Shown: positions 49,491 to 62,994 of the stretch, in pieces
Position numbering within the stretch: position 1 is the stretch's first letter
Layout: every line of letters begins with the position of its first letter
From: Mobula hypostoma
Taxonomy: Eukaryota
Assembly (NCBI RefSeq): GCF_963921235.1
Contig: NC_086109.1
Coordinates: 25,546,001-25,610,000, forward strand
Direction: 5' to 3'
Length of the DNA stretch: 64,000 bases
Notes under the pieces: model-generated
The model's input: only the letters and a program-made list of their open reading frames with translations
The model's database searches: none
What the model was told of the DNA's origin: nothing
Made by a program: the position numbers and the translations under genes

Positions 49491-51344
49491 TGTGAGGTGA
49501 GGAAACTGTGAAATGGAAGACAGTTGCAAGGCATCTTGGTGGGACAAAGTCTTACCCTGAAGCCTAACTTGTGCCAAATCTCAGATGGAACTTGGTAGAC
49601 AGTAGCTTTCATCTGTGTCTATCTGAGCTCCCTCTAACCAGGGAGTACTTTCTGGGGCAAAATACAGAGAGCTTTATTTTGTTTAAATTTGATCTGTACA
49701 TAAAGTGGGCATACTTTATGGTGGATGGAATTATTTTAATATTTATAAGTTGTAAATATTCAAGTATAAACACAATGGAGGAAAATATCAACTGTTAAAC
49801 TTCAGGCTGAGTTCTTTTCCTCTTGTTTTCATAGCACTAGACAACTCAAGAGGGCATTCTACATATCCTAGCTGTGCCATCTCTTTGCTGGAACAAGTTA
49901 AAACTAATCATTGGAGACAAGCGTCTTACCTGCCTCATTCTAACCCCCTACAGTACGTTACTATGCATTATATCACTGGCTGCCTGTCTGTCTTTATTAT
50001 CCATGGGGCACTTCCTATCCCATCCTTCAAAAAGAAGAGGACTGAATATTAAATAGGACCGTAACCATCTCAGCAGCCATGGGCGAAACACTCACTCTGT
50101 TTCTCCTTTTGCAGGAGCAAAATGAGAAGGGGAGAGAGAGAGGGGTAGAAAGATAGAGAGCGTGGGGGAAAGAGTGAGAGAGAGGGTGGTAGAGAGAGAG
50201 GGGGTGAGGGCAAGGGAGAAAGGTAGATCCAGTGTGGTAAATAGCCAGGTCTAGATTACATATAGTACTTATATTAATATACCAATTCAGATGAGGATAC
50301 TTTCATATTTGACCTCTGTGGTATGAGTATGTCAAGGCTAAGAAACAAAATCCAGGGATACACTAAAAGGGTATGTTAGACCTCTATGGTTGATGGGAAA
50401 AGAACAAGGGAGTGATTAAAATTGATTATCCCTTTCTCTGCACTCTGATTTTAACCACTTGGTTTAGATGAACAGGTGCTTGGAGTAGGAGAAATGAGAT
50501 TGAACTGCACAGGCCAGACCCCTTGGCCCAGTAGGCCCATCTCACTAACCATATCCGCACCCAAACCCTCCCATGTCTTGCCGACTTAAGTTCTTATCTG
50601 GATGCTTCTTAAATATACATAGCTCTCTTGGACAAGTACTCCCTGCTCCTCGCACACCTCTTGTTACCTCCACTATGTGATTCTGGGGAAATGCATTTCT
50701 CCATCCTCACTTAAAGTCCCTCATGTAAGTGTGGATACTGGGTGCTGTGCAGAATTTCATGCAGAAGGAAAAAACACTGATTTTATCCCATATCAAAAGC
50801 AGTCAGAAGCAAGAGCCATGATCAATTCCTTCACCACCCTAGCCTAAGAATTATTCTAGCACCACAGCTGAAACCTGCTAACTCATTACTTGGAACAGCC
50901 CCTGAACGTGCCCAGCCAGCCTGTCTCCACACAGTGCTAACAAGCTAAATTACCAGAGGGCAAAGTCTGTATTGTGGTGAGTACAACTGGCCTGATGTGG
51001 ATAAAAGAGAATGTTAGTCGTGGTTGTTTTCTCATCTCAGCTTCCTGAAGGTTCCCATAGGGAGGCCGAGAACATTAAGCAGAAATAGCATCAGTGTAGA
51101 CAGCAGTTTTAATCAAAATCATAATCGGACTGAACTGATAGGTGAAATCTGCAAAAGGTAGCAAGGTAATTTTCGCATTCAGCAATAAATTCTGAATGCA
51201 CACTGGGATTTCTTGAAATAGCGAGGAAGCCTTATTGCTGCTGAATGTACCATCTGCCTGGGCCAGTGAGTGTGGAACTATTTCAAAACTTGCAAACCGA
51301 AGTTTAGCTTTCTAAATTTGTGCAAGTAACAGGTTCATCTCATG

Positions 51345-51828
51345 CTGAATCCATTCCCTATTCTGACTCCTCTCTCACCTCTTCTCCTCTCCTTACCTGC
51401 CTATCACCTCCCTCTGGTGTCCCTCCTCCTTCTCTTTCTCCCATGGTCCACTCTTCTGTCCTACTGGATTCCATCTTCTTTACATTTTCCATGTATCAAC
51501 TCCCAGCTTCTCACTTTAACCCTTCCCCACCCACCTTTCCACCTATCAGCTCCCAGCCTCTCACTTTAACCCTTCCCCACCCACCTTTCCACCTATCAGC
51601 TCCCAGCCTCTCACTTTAACCCTTCCCCATCCACCTACCTTCCCCCTCTTCGGCTTTGCCTATCACCTTCTAGTTTGTACTTTTTCCCCCAACCTTCTTA
51701 TTTGTGCTTCTTCCCCCTTTCTTTCCAGTCCCTGATGAGGGGTTTTGGCCCGAAACACAGACTCTTTCCACCTCCCCCCCCCTCCATAGATGCTGCCTGA
51801 CCTGCTGAGTTCCTCTAGCATTTTGTTA
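51345..51828 (+). mobile_element. Penelope-type 3' tail with hammerhead remnant
   Basis: Homologous to 29225-29505 and 63000-63490; CUGAUGA GGGGUUUUGGCCC GAAAC ACA GACU at 51732-51763 (triplet mutated). Confidence 0.75.
51494..51636 (+). repeat. 50-bp tandem repeat, ~2.9 copies
   Basis: Unit tatcagctcccagcctctcactttaacccttccccacccacctttccacc starting at 51494, 51544 and 51594. Confidence 0.92.
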
Positions 51829-52659
51829 CATGTATGTTACATGTCTGAAGTGGTACCTGAATACAACGTCTCTGGTAACTTTCACTGTCTGAAGGCCATA
51901 GAGTCACTGGAAGATTTTTCTTTCTCCAAGTATCTCCAAACCTCACTGAGTCATGCCGGAATATATTTAGCAGGCCCCTGCTGCTTGTTGTACCTTGCAC
52001 AAGTGACTCATTTTGGAATAGCAGCTTATTCAAGTGGGGGAAGAGAGAAACAAGGCATATCATAGGAATGCTCAATCCCTCAAGGTGGGCTTCTGGGAAG
52101 GCTAGAGAGTAACTGCAGGAGAAGGTGGAAGATTGAGACATATGGTTGAAAGAAGGGGAAAGCTGACAGAAACAGAAAAAGAGCATGGAAGGATGAATAA
52201 ATTACTAACAATAACCTCTCTGAAGATTTTGATCCGGAACAATTCTCCCTCAATACAAGCTAAGGTGGCATGGGTAGATACAGTAATCATTAATGTGACA
52301 CTGAGATTCTTCAGCAATGCACAAACTGCTGGAGAAACTCAAAGTTCAAAGTACATTTATTATTGAAGTATGTATACATTGTATGACCTTGAAGTTTGTC
52401 TCCTTACAGGCAGCCACAGAACAAAGAAACCCAGAAGAAGACTGTCAAGCCCCCAGTGAGCCGAGAGAAGGATTAAATAAATCGTGCAACACTGAAGGTA
52501 AGCAAATAGCATTCAGATAAAAAGTGAGTCCACAAACACGAAGCACAGAACAGGCCACGGCCTTAGACTCAATTCAGAGTAGAGCCAAGCAAACATCACA
52601 GTAACCCTCAGATATGAGACATGGAGCCCAGAGCAGCCGCAGCCTCAGATTAGGGAAAC

Positions 52660-53102
52660 GGAGCATTATTAAGGACCCCCACAATCCTGGCTCTGATCTC
52701 TTCTTGCTGCTGCCATCAGGAAGGAGGTACAGGAGCCTTAGGTCCCACACCACCAGGTTCAGGAACAGTCCTTATCATTCAACCATCAGTCTCTGAACCA
52801 GAGTGGATAACTTCACTCACCTCCACACTGGTCTGCTCACTGAGCACAACATTGGGCTTATATCCAAGGATTCAACAAATCATGTTCTCAGTATGATTTA
52901 TTTATTTACTTATTTTCGTGCTTGCACGCTTTGTCTTTTTTTTACACATTAGTCATTTGTCAGTTTTTGCTTGTCTGCAGTTTTTCATTGAGTCTGCTGT
53001 ATTTCTTTGTTCTACTGTGAATGCCTGAAAGAAAATGAATCTCAGGAGAGCATGCATACTTTGCTAATAAATTCACTTTGAATTTTGAGCTTTGAACTTT
53101 GA
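52660..53102 (+). mobile_element. Rex1/Babar LINE 3' fragment
   Basis: SIIKDPHNPGSDLFLLLPSGRRYRSLRSHTTRFRNS; (TTTGAA)n-like tail. Confidence 0.75.
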
Positions 53103-53548
53103 GCAGTTGACGTTTTGGGTTAAAACCCTTCACCCATAGCCCTCGATTCCCTAATTCTACCTACTTTCTCTTTAAATGTTCCAATGATCTAGTCTCCATA
53201 ATCTCCAGTGTAGTGAGTCCTCTAGATTCACCACACACAATTACTGAAACAACCACCGAGTTCTGGTCTTACAAAGAAGGGACCTATCTGATTAGCATGA
53301 TTCATGAACTACAGCTTTATCTTTGCCATTTTGGAAGCTTGTCAAAAAGATTCAAAGTACATATGGAGAATACAACCCTGAGATTCATCTTCCTCCAAAT
53401 AGCCATGAAACAAAGAAAACCATAGAACACATTTAAAGAAAAATATCAAACCCTCAACATGCAAAATAAAAAACAAATCACTCAGATGGCAAAAAAAAAT
53501 TGAGTGAAAAACCCAGAGCACAAACACTAAATCACAAAGACATCGAAA

Positions 53549-54853
53549 ATTTGCAATTCGCCTACCGGAGCAATAGGTCAACGGCAAATGCCTTCTCTCT
53601 GGCCCTACATTCCTCCTTAGAACACCTGGAGAATAAAGATGCATACATAAGGCTCCTTTTCATTGACTACAGCTCTGCCTTTAATACTATCATTCCAAAT
53701 AAACTGATTCCTAAGCTCCAGAACCTGGGCCTTAGCACTCAGATCTGCAGCTGGATCTTCAACTTCCTCACAGACAGGACCAAGGCTATAAAAATAGGGG
53801 ACAAGCTCTCCTCTACAATCACTCTGAGCACCGGTGCCCCACAAGGCTGTGTACTCAGCCCCCTGCTGTACTCACTGTACACCCATGATTGTGTAGCCAA
53901 GTTTCCATCAAACTCAATATATAAGTTTGCTGATGACAACAATTGTAGGCTTTATCTCGGGTAATGATGAGTTTGAGTACAGAGAGGAAATTAAGAACCT
54001 GGTGACATGGTGCGAAGACAATAACCTATCCCTCAATGTCAGCAAGACGAAGGAATTGGTTGTTGACTTCAGAAGGAGTAGCGGACTGCATGACCCAATT
54101 TACATCGGTGGTGCACAAGTGGAACAGGTCAAAAGCTTTAAGTTCCTTGGGGTCAATATCACAAATCATCTGACTTGGTCCAACCAAGCAGAGTTCACTG
54201 CCAAGAAGGCCCACCAGCGCCTTTACTTCCTGAGAAAACTAGAGAAATTTGGCCTGTCCCCTAAAACGCTCACTAATTTTTATAGATGCACTGTAGAAAC
54301 CATTCTTCTAGGGTGCATCACAACCTGGTATGGAAGTTGTCCTGTCCAAGACCGAAAGAAGCTGCAGAAGATCGTGAACACGGTGCAGCACATCACACAA
54401 ACCAATCTTCTGTCTGTGGACTCACTTTACACTGCATGCTGTCAGAGCAGTGCTGCCAGGATAATCAAGGACACAACCCACCCAGCCAACACACTTTTTG
54501 TCCCTCTTCCTCCAGGAGAAGGTTCAGGAGCTTGAAGACTCGTACGGCCAGATTTGGGAACAGCTTCTTTCCAACTGTGATAAGACTGCTGAACGGATCC
54601 TGACCCGGATCTGGGCCGTACCCTCCAAATACCCAGACCTGCCTCTCGGTTTTTTTGCACTACCTTACTTTCCATTTTTCTATTTTCTATTTATGATTTA
54701 TAATTTAAATTTTTAATATTTACTAATTTTAACTATTTTTAATATTTTTAATATTTGTAATCCAGGGAGTGGGAAGTGCAGAATCAAATATCGCTGTGAT
54801 GATTGTACGTTCTAATACCAATTGTTTGGCGACAATAAAGTATAAAGTATAAA
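53549..54853 (+). mobile_element. Young 5'-truncated Rex1/Babar LINE (RT), nested in an older minus-strand repeat
   Basis: [56 protein letters not shown]; frameshifts near 53940 and 54512; (AAAGTAT)n tail. Confidence 0.9.
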
Positions 54854-55549
54854 ACTCCAGGCATATTCAGTTCAGCTCAGTTCATCTCAGTCCAGCACCA
54901 CATTCCTCAGCATCTGCAGGTCTGCCCCGATCAACATCGCACAAAGCAGCAACAAAAGAAGGGGCAACCAGAAACCAGAAACACATCACAATGTGAACTA
55001 CAGAGTCCAATCCACAAACTCTGTTGATTAAACCTTGCCTAATACCCATGAGTTTCCAGACTATCCTCTGGCACTATCAACTGAGAGGGAGAGAGAGAGT
55101 TCATATGTAGGTAGCTTCCTCTGGGAGCAGCAAGCAAGAGGGAGAGAGAGGCCGTTCATACGCAGGTAGATGCCAGTGAACACCCGCCCACCTTCCGCCC
55201 TCGTCCTTACTGATTTCAATCTTACTCGATGCTTTAATCGACGGGATCATCAAGAAATGGAGTCGATCATGGGCTCACGCCCCATCTCCAGGCTTCTCGG
55301 CTTCCAGGCTGCACGATTCACTAGAAAAACTTGCTGAACTCGCATGGACACAGCAGAGAGCCAGACTTCTCAATTGGCCTGAAAACACGCGACCAAAATG
55401 TAGATCCCGGGCTTCAGCAGTAACAGTATTAGAATCATATTTGAAAGAAAACGATGAAGTAAACGAAGCAAAAGAAGTAATTGTGTGAACCATCTAAAGG
55501 ATGTCGTGCTTGGTCACATTGTTTGCTGGCTCCATTATACATAATGCTA

Positions 55550-56100
55550 CTTTAGGTCTTACTGGAACTATGTAATTAATAGAGATAAAATATAAAAGGA
55601 AAATAAAAGGCGCCAAACTTATCAAAGTTCAACTGTTTCATGCACAACAGTTGGAGCTCAATTAATGGAGTCTTCTTTCCACCATTCGATCCCCTCCGAC
55701 CCCCTCGACCCGCTGCCTGGGAACAATCACGGTGGTCAACCAGACGCTCCACATGAGTCTGTCTTCGTCTCCTCTCCTCGCCGAAGACCCTGGGCCTCGG
55801 ACTCCCACTCAGGGTCCGTCCCGCCACCCAGCTTACAGCTTTGCATATCCTCTCTCTGCCCCCATCCGCCTTCTGCCCCAAAGTCCGCAAAAAACAAAAG
55901 CTTACAGATACACAAGAAAGAATAACGTCTATCCCAATTGGTTCGTTCTTCCTCTAATCAATAATATAACCCAAACAAGCTGTGAAAGAGAAGCACTTTC
56001 TCAGCAGTTATTATTACAGAAAAAAACTTTTTAATTAGAACATAACAAAGAAGCTATTTTGTTAGCCTTTGCAGTAACATAAAAGAAGAAACCGCTTACA
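55550..56100 (-). mobile_element. Truncated LTR-like fragment
   Basis: Minus strand starts TGTAAGCGG at 56100; CpG-retaining body; no matching CA end or TSD found. Confidence 0.5.
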
Positions 56101-56704
56101 TGTAGAATGTTGCAAAAAAGATACTGACCAGCAAACTCTGTTTTCTTCTCAAAATAACCTTGCAACACCATTTAAACTTATCATTCATGTTGTTTCATAG
56201 CAACAGGATTATAGTGAAATTCTGAGCCCAGCATCAAGGGCAAAATTCAACAAAACAACATATTTTTTGTTAGAATGCTCGGAGTTGATAGAATTTGATT
56301 ATAGCCCGTAGCTTTAGTGGGAAACAAACATGATACTGACTCCACTGGAAAGTTCTATCACCACAGAACACACTGCATGTGGTATATAATGTACAACTCA
56401 GTGCACTATATAATATCTGGTGCAGAATGCTAGATATGATGCAACATACAGAATTTGATATATAATGTGCAACACAGTACACTATGCAATTTATGGTGCA
56501 GAACTCCAGGATATAATACAATGCAGGGCACATGGTACAGCACTTGATGCTTTGACTCTTGCAGTGCACAGTTTAAGGTATCCCCTAATTGACTCATTAC
56601 ACAGCACATATACATTATACATATGGTCTGTGAAGCAATATATAAAATATACATTTCCAGTGCAGCACATAGATTTCCAAACATGATGTGGCACATGGTA
56701 AATA

Positions 56705-57092
56705 CTTGGGAAGACCAGATTGAGGAGGCATTTGTGTGTAATAAATCTAAATACCAGGAGCTGATAGAGCATTGCCGGAGAGAAGGTTGGAGGATATGAT
56801 GTGAACCTATAGAGGTGGGGATTAGAGGTTGTGCTGGTTGCTCGCTGTGCAGAACTACTCTCTCCTTGGCATTACGGAGGCTGCGCATCAGGACTGTCAG
56901 AGTGAGCCTCCAGGTGAGAATGGATCAGGAGGTGTGACCTGTGGACCATTGTTGCTGGGACACAAGCGAGGGCCTGAACAATGCTGATTGGGTCACCTGG
57001 ACAAGAGTGTCTGATGTTGAAAGAGCCAAGACACCCGATGAACCCAGTTTATATCACTGATGATGTGTCCCAGCCCATCCTAGGATGTATCT
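56705..57092 (+). mobile_element. Second, divergent HERO-like element: RLE C-terminus + 3' UTR
   Basis: WEDQIEEAF..NKSKYQELIEHCRREGWR.*CEPIEVGIRG aligns to WEDSLEEAFERKLSKY...GWRVRCLQVEAGCRG; 3' UTR homologous to 32790-32907. Confidence 0.82.
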
Positions 57093-57502
57093 CACCACCA
57101 CATGGTGCAGTACACAGGATACACTACAATGTACAACATTTGGTGCATTACTTAATGCGGTACTTCTTACTGTTCACACGACATTGTACCCATTGTTGTG
57201 AACAATGTATGGAGCAGAACACTGCTCACTGTTTCTAATGCAATAACACTGTACATGGTACACAACATAGCACATCGTGTAATACACGATGCAATGCATA
57301 TGCTGTACCTAATCTGTATACTTCATTGTAGTGTTGTACACAGTACTGGGTGTGGTTAATGTTACACAGTATACCCATATGGTGGAGAGTATAATATATA
57401 GACCACAGTACAGTATGATGCACTTAATACACTGTGCATGTGCCTAATACACAGAGCATGGTAGAATACACAGTGCTCAGAGCACAGTAAGATTCACCAG
57501 AC

Positions 57503-57688
57503 TAGAGAAAATCTGCGGGTCAGGCGGCATCTATGGAGGGGAAGAAGCAGTCAATGCTTTGGCCAGGAGCATTCATCAGGACCAGTTGAATGTTTATTCC
57601 CCTCCATTAATGCTGCCTGACCTGCTGAGTTCCTCCAGCATTTTGTGTGTGTTGTTCTGGTTTTCCAGCATCTGCAGAACCTCTTGTG
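57503..57688. repeat. Fold-back element of inverted Penelope ends
   Basis: ggtcaggcggcatctatggagggga ... tcccctccattaatgctgcctgacc. Confidence 0.75.
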
Positions 57689-58489
57689 CTCGGAGCACAG
57701 TGCCTGATGTCACGCAAAGAATACAGGACCCTCTGCTGCTCACAATACACAATGTGCGGTACACAGTGCCCGATGAAGTGATAGGTACACCGCGCAATGC
57801 ACTGTGGGTTGCATATTTGATCATTAAAAAGAGAAAGAAAAATATTGCTACACAGACTTTCATTAACCCAGAATCTGCCAGTTTACAGCTAATAGCCACT
57901 TTTAAGAAATGGTCACTGTAGGAATGCAGCAATCACTTTAGCAAGATACTAAAATTTGGTTCTCATACTTAGAGTAAGGATGCATCTTCTTCTTAGATAG
58001 TCTCTCTGAAGAAAGGATGGCTTGTTTCCTCTCTAGTTCTGTGTGCTTAAAGGTGACTAATGAGGCCAATGTGAGAACTGCTGACAGGAAGAGCACACAG
58101 TCACAGAAGGTGAATAAGGTTCAGCAGCTTGCATGGTTGAGCAATATTATTATGTGGCAAAATCACTGCCCGGGCTCGGGCTGGGTTTCACGAAGTGGTC
58201 CCAGGGCTGCTAGATACTGGTTGTAGTTATTGCATTGTCAGTGATGAGCAGCTAAGAACCTTTGCTCCTTTTGACTGTACATTTTCAGAAGAGTGCTGCA
58301 AGTATTTACAGTTTTTAATTTGCTGGTGCTAATTAGAAGGCTGATGAGTTTCAAACTGTTGTTTGATTCTAGATCTCACTTTCACCGACCTAAGTTACAC
58401 TTGGTTCCACAAATGAACTACTTGCCTTTCACATCTCACATTAACTGCCATAGATCTGTAGTTACTATTGTACATTGGAAATAAGATAG

Positions 58490-58728
58490 GCTGGGGGTGG
58501 AAGAGGGAGGGATTGTCAACTCAGGCCTAGGGGAGGGGCGTCCGGCATTTTCATGCCTTACAAGGCGCGGAACAAAAGACTGTGTGGGGCGCCACTCCTC
58601 GCACAGACACAGAGCAATGTGTGGTTAAGTGCCTTGCTCAAGGACACAACACGCTCCCTCAGCGAAGGCTCAAACTGGCGACCTTCAGTTCACTAGACAA
58701 ATGCCTTAACCACTTGGCCACGTGCCCA
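58490..58728 (-). mobile_element. tRNA-derived SINE with CORE-like domain and 11-bp TSD
   Basis: Minus strand gggcacgtggccaagtggttaaggc (A-box), gtttgagcc (B-box), tgtgtccttgagcaaggcacttaacc; TSD aaataagatag at 58479-58489 and 58729-58739. Confidence 0.85.
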
Positions 58729-60336
58729 AAATAAGATAGACAATTTGTGTAAAAAAATTATTCTACAAATGGCATTGCAAGAATAATCTCATGCTAGTTT
58801 TGAGTGAAGGACTCCCTGTTCACTTTTGAACAGTCTCTACCCTCAGCCACGTACCAGAGAAAGCTTCAGTTTAATATCTCATCCAACAAGTTGGAGGGTC
58901 TCAATCACCTTCTGTGATACAAATTTCCCTCAGCTCTGAGTTTACCCAATATTTTGTGCTGAAAGATTGAGAGAGGTATTTAAACCAAGAACCTTGCAAA
59001 AGAAAATGAGACTATTACCAGCAGAGCCTTTACAGCTTATGATGGCATCAGAACAAATGAGAATCTGGATAGTGAGAGAATCATTTTAAAAATAGGGCAC
59101 AGCCATGAGCAACAGCGTCAGTGGGGCTATGTTAAAATAAGCTTGAATCAATGTCATAAAATTGACAGATCAGGAGTCAAAATCAGCAATTGTGTTAAAC
59201 TCTCAGGAAATATAAGCTATGCATAAAATTAATATTATTTGCATAAATCACATGGATTCCATAATCTATGCATCCCTGTAGGTTATAGAATGCACAGTAT
59301 AAAAGTATGATACTGTACTGTCCCTTCCCTTCATGCATTCAAATGCAGGTTTTGCCAGGTCAATGCTGGGCTACTACTGGCAGTATCCATAGAAACCTGC
59401 TATCTACAGGTTCAACTGCTGTAATTTCTGTTTCCTCTCAATATTAATATTCTACTCTTTTCTATTATGGTCATAGGGTGTACAATCTAGGATTGTTTTC
59501 AGGTCATGAACATCAGTTGCAGAAACCCTCCAAATTAAATTCTGTGGAGACCTGCAGTCTGAGGTTCATAACTGACCCTGGGCGACCTTTTCCCGATGTA
59601 TGCTTGATAGCCTGACATTGTCTTTTCCACATCTTACAGTCTGCTACTTATAGTCTTTTATGTTCCTCAGTACTCTGTGTTGAATGCTCTTACTGAAACT
59701 CCTGTCTGCTACGTAGAAGAGTCCTTTCTTGTTGTTGATTAGTGTTTGCTTTTGAAAATGTTTGAGAGAAATTATCAAACCTCCTAGCTTATTGTAATTT
59801 TAAATTACATTGATTTGCAGTTGTTTTGAATATACCTTACGCTTAATCTCTCCCTCATCAGCAAATCCACAAGCACCCTTGATCCCCCCTTCCCGTGCAC
59901 TCACACTTAATCTATCCTCTCATCCATCCATTCCGCCTCATACCCAACCCTCCAACCCCTCCTTCATTCATTCTTAGCCCATATCCTTTCCTCTCAATTT
60001 CCTTCCTTTCTTTCATCTACCTCCGAATACCTTCCCCTTCATCATCCCCTTGACCCTCATCTTTTTCCACTCACTCCCGCTGCTCACCCAGTACTTCTCC
60101 TCTCTCACCCTAACTCTTCCACCAACTGGGCCTGAGGCGCTAACTGACTCATAAGCACTGACCAGAAACCATGCTAAAAATAGAAGGAATATAAATTGTT
60201 AATTTACAAACAGTATGAAAATGTGCATTAAGTGTCTGACACAAGCAACAATATTAATTCTCTTTAATTGATCACGGTGCCGATCTAGACAACATCCTAA
60301 AGGAGAAACATGAAGAAATGGTTCCTTTTTTTATTC

Positions 60337-60366
60337 GTTTCCATGGGAACAGCCAACATGACGTCA
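60337..60366. promoter_or_regulatory. Candidate RFX X-box + CRE composite element
   Basis: GTTTCCATGGGAAC (60337-60350) lies 8 bp from TGACGTCA (60359-60366) in a repeat-free stretch. Confidence 0.4.
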
Positions 60367-61944
60367 AGATCTTAAAGGTGATTCATCTTCAAGAATTTTG
60401 GTTATGAACATGAAACAGTCTTCCTCTATTGATTCACAACACTGTGTTTTATGATTTTTTTGTGTTGCCTGCTCTTACTGAATTGGCTAAAAAAATTCAG
60501 CCAATTTTTTTCAAGGACCATAAACCCATCAATATCGTCACCTCTTCTATTTTTTTAAAGGAGGCAAGCAGGAAGGAAAAGTAAAATATCCAGCTGTATC
60601 ATGTATCTGTTGTATGCACTCTGTGATTATATCAAAGAAATACTATTTTTAAAAGAACATGTTGGCCCTGCTTCGGTGGAATAATTTAAGATGATTCTGT
60701 GTCTTCACGTCAGTCAGTCTTGTGCTCGTCTCTAATTTGATTTTGTGTCACTGACCATATCACTGTATCTCCCTCCTTTTACTTTTTTTTTAACAATAAT
60801 TGATGGAAAAGATCAAACTCCCATTCCAAGATATCAAGCCTAAACAAGGCAGAAAAGAAGACAAGGTGAATCTACAAGTTGTTAAGGCAAATGAGCCTTG
60901 TGCTCATGGAAGCTCAAGGATGAGGCCTTAGACAAAAGACGACAGGAGTGAAAACTAGTCAGATTTCTTCCTGGCATGATCATATTGTTAACTGCTCCAA
61001 TTCAGCCCAATTGCACTGGTTGCATTAGCCACTTACTGGCATGCTGTACCAGTCCAAACCAGCTTACTTTCTCCTTTGGAAGATGAAGAATTTGCAAGGT
61101 CTGGGAAAGAACAAGGTAGAGCAACGCCGAGAACGCAGAGATAATCAGCATTTTTTTTGAAGAGCACAAAAGGCAATAAATATCAACAAGTTCATGACTA
61201 ATGGATCTACTGTGTGAATGCAGTCACGATCCAGTGAGCTGTTTCCAACTCAATGTATGACTTGGCCAAGATTTTGAGTGTAAGAATTTTTCTTTCCCTT
61301 GCTCATGTCCCCAGTACATTAAACCTTTAGGACTGGAGGCATCCTTAATTAATGTCTAATTCCAGGTTACAATGTTTAAATTAAAATCATTTAATATGAA
61401 TTATGTTTTTGAATGAAAGTCAGCTATTATCAGTTGTTATTTTTATTCACGTTGCTAATGATTGAAACCTCTCTCTGGATAATCATCCACATTGCAAAAT
61501 ACATTTTATTAATTTTTTAATCTCAACAACATAGCCATACTGTAGGCATTCCATGTGAACAGTATCTATAGGATTACAACTGAGGTTATGTTTTGGTGGC
61601 AGTGGGGTTTCAATTTGAGGCATTGTGATACAGAATTTCAACCTCATATTTGCTTCCTTCATAAAGGAGGCCAATTGGCCCATCGAGTCTATGTTTTCAG
61701 GAATGAATACAAATGATCTCATACTACAAAGTGAAGAAGAGCTGGAGAATTTCCCACAGATTTTGGGCTGATATGAGTGCCCAAGGACAGAACAGCCCAC
61801 CTGACTGGCATCCCAATCAACCTCCTTCCATCAGTGCTTGCTGTGGTTACAATGCCAATGATTTACATAATGTAATGCAGTTATCTCCTGTAACTAGTCT
61901 AACAGCATCCTTCAGATCTGAAACTTCTACCACCAAGAATACCA

Positions 61945-62540
61945 AAGCAAGAACGTAATGCTGAGGCTTTATAAGGCACTGCTGAGGCCTCACTTGGAGT
62001 ATTGTGAGCAGTTTTGAGTTCCTTATTTAAGAAAGGTTGTGTTGACATTGGAGAGAGTTCTGAGAAGGCTCACAAGAATGATTCTGGGAATGACAGGCTT
62101 ATATGAAGAGCTATTGATGGCTTTGGACCTTTACTCACTGGAATTTTGAAGAATGAGGGGAGAAGCTCATTGAAACCTATTGAATGCTGAAAGGCCTAGA
62201 TAGAGTGGATGTGGAAGGGACATTTCCTATAGTGGGGAAGTTTAGGACCAGAGGGCACAGCCTCAGGATAGAGAGAAGTCCATTTAGGATGGAGATGAGG
62301 AGGAATTTCTTTAACTAGAGGGTGGTGAATCTAAGGAATTCAATGCCACAGGCAGCTGTGGAGGCCAGGTCATTGGGTGCATTTAATGCAGAGGATTATA
62401 GGTTCTTGATGGGTCAGAGCACGAAAGGTTACTGAGAGAAGGCATGACAATAGGGTTGAGAGAGAAATGGATCAGCAATGCTGAAATGGTGGAGCAGGTT
62501 TGATGGGCTGAATGGTCTTATTCTTCTCCTGTCTTATGGT
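61945..62540 (+). mobile_element. CR1 3' fragment (RT thumb + 3' UTR)
   Basis: VMLRLYKALLRPHLEYCEQF, LERVLRRLTRMI, RTRGHSLRI; tail cctgtcttatggt. Confidence 0.87.
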
Positions 62541-62994
62541 GACATGGTCTAAGAAGAATAAGGGAGGTCTAGTGGATGGAATAGCACTACTTCCAGAATC
62601 TCTCTGACTTTAAAATATATAACCTTTCCCTCATTGCCATTGCAAATAAACCCAGAATTCCCTATCCAACAATACGCTAAGACCACCTTCATCAGAAGGA
62701 TTGCACAGTTTAAAAATATTGCTCAACTTTCAAGGGCAATTACCAATAGGCAATAAATTCTGGCTGACAGAATGAATTAAAAATGCTCAGGTATGCGTTC
62801 ACTGCCACAGAAAAGTTCATGAGGCTTTGATGTATGTAAATCAGTGCATTTCTTGTATTGTAGCATTGATTAGATTTCTGAAGTGTTTCACCAGCTGTAC
62901 AGTGCTTTGTTAATATTCTGAGGTCAAGGAATACTGGTTCATTATTCATGCCTCTGAAATGCTTCTGTCCTGAAGGAGAATCTCGGCCCAAAAT

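Noticed and set aside
49930..50115. Splice-like signals (minus-strand CAG|GTAAGA donor, possible 95-nt and 10-nt exons, plus-strand acceptor at ~50113)
   Set aside because: Signals conflict between strands, the 95-nt candidate has stops in all frames, and the adjacent GA-rich low complexity inflates acceptor-like matches.
51494..51636. Regularly spaced repeats as a possible CRISPR-like array
   Set aside because: Head-to-tail 50-bp tandem duplication with no unique spacers, in a eukaryotic TE tail.
56340..57800. Cys/His/Tyr-rich ORFs in an ACAC/TGTA-rich region
   Set aside because: Low-complexity composition; no periodic unit or domain could be defined.
60803..60931. 42-aa ORF MEKIKLPFQDIKPKQGRKEDK...
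   Set aside because: Short and unrecognised, with no promoter or splice support beyond chance.
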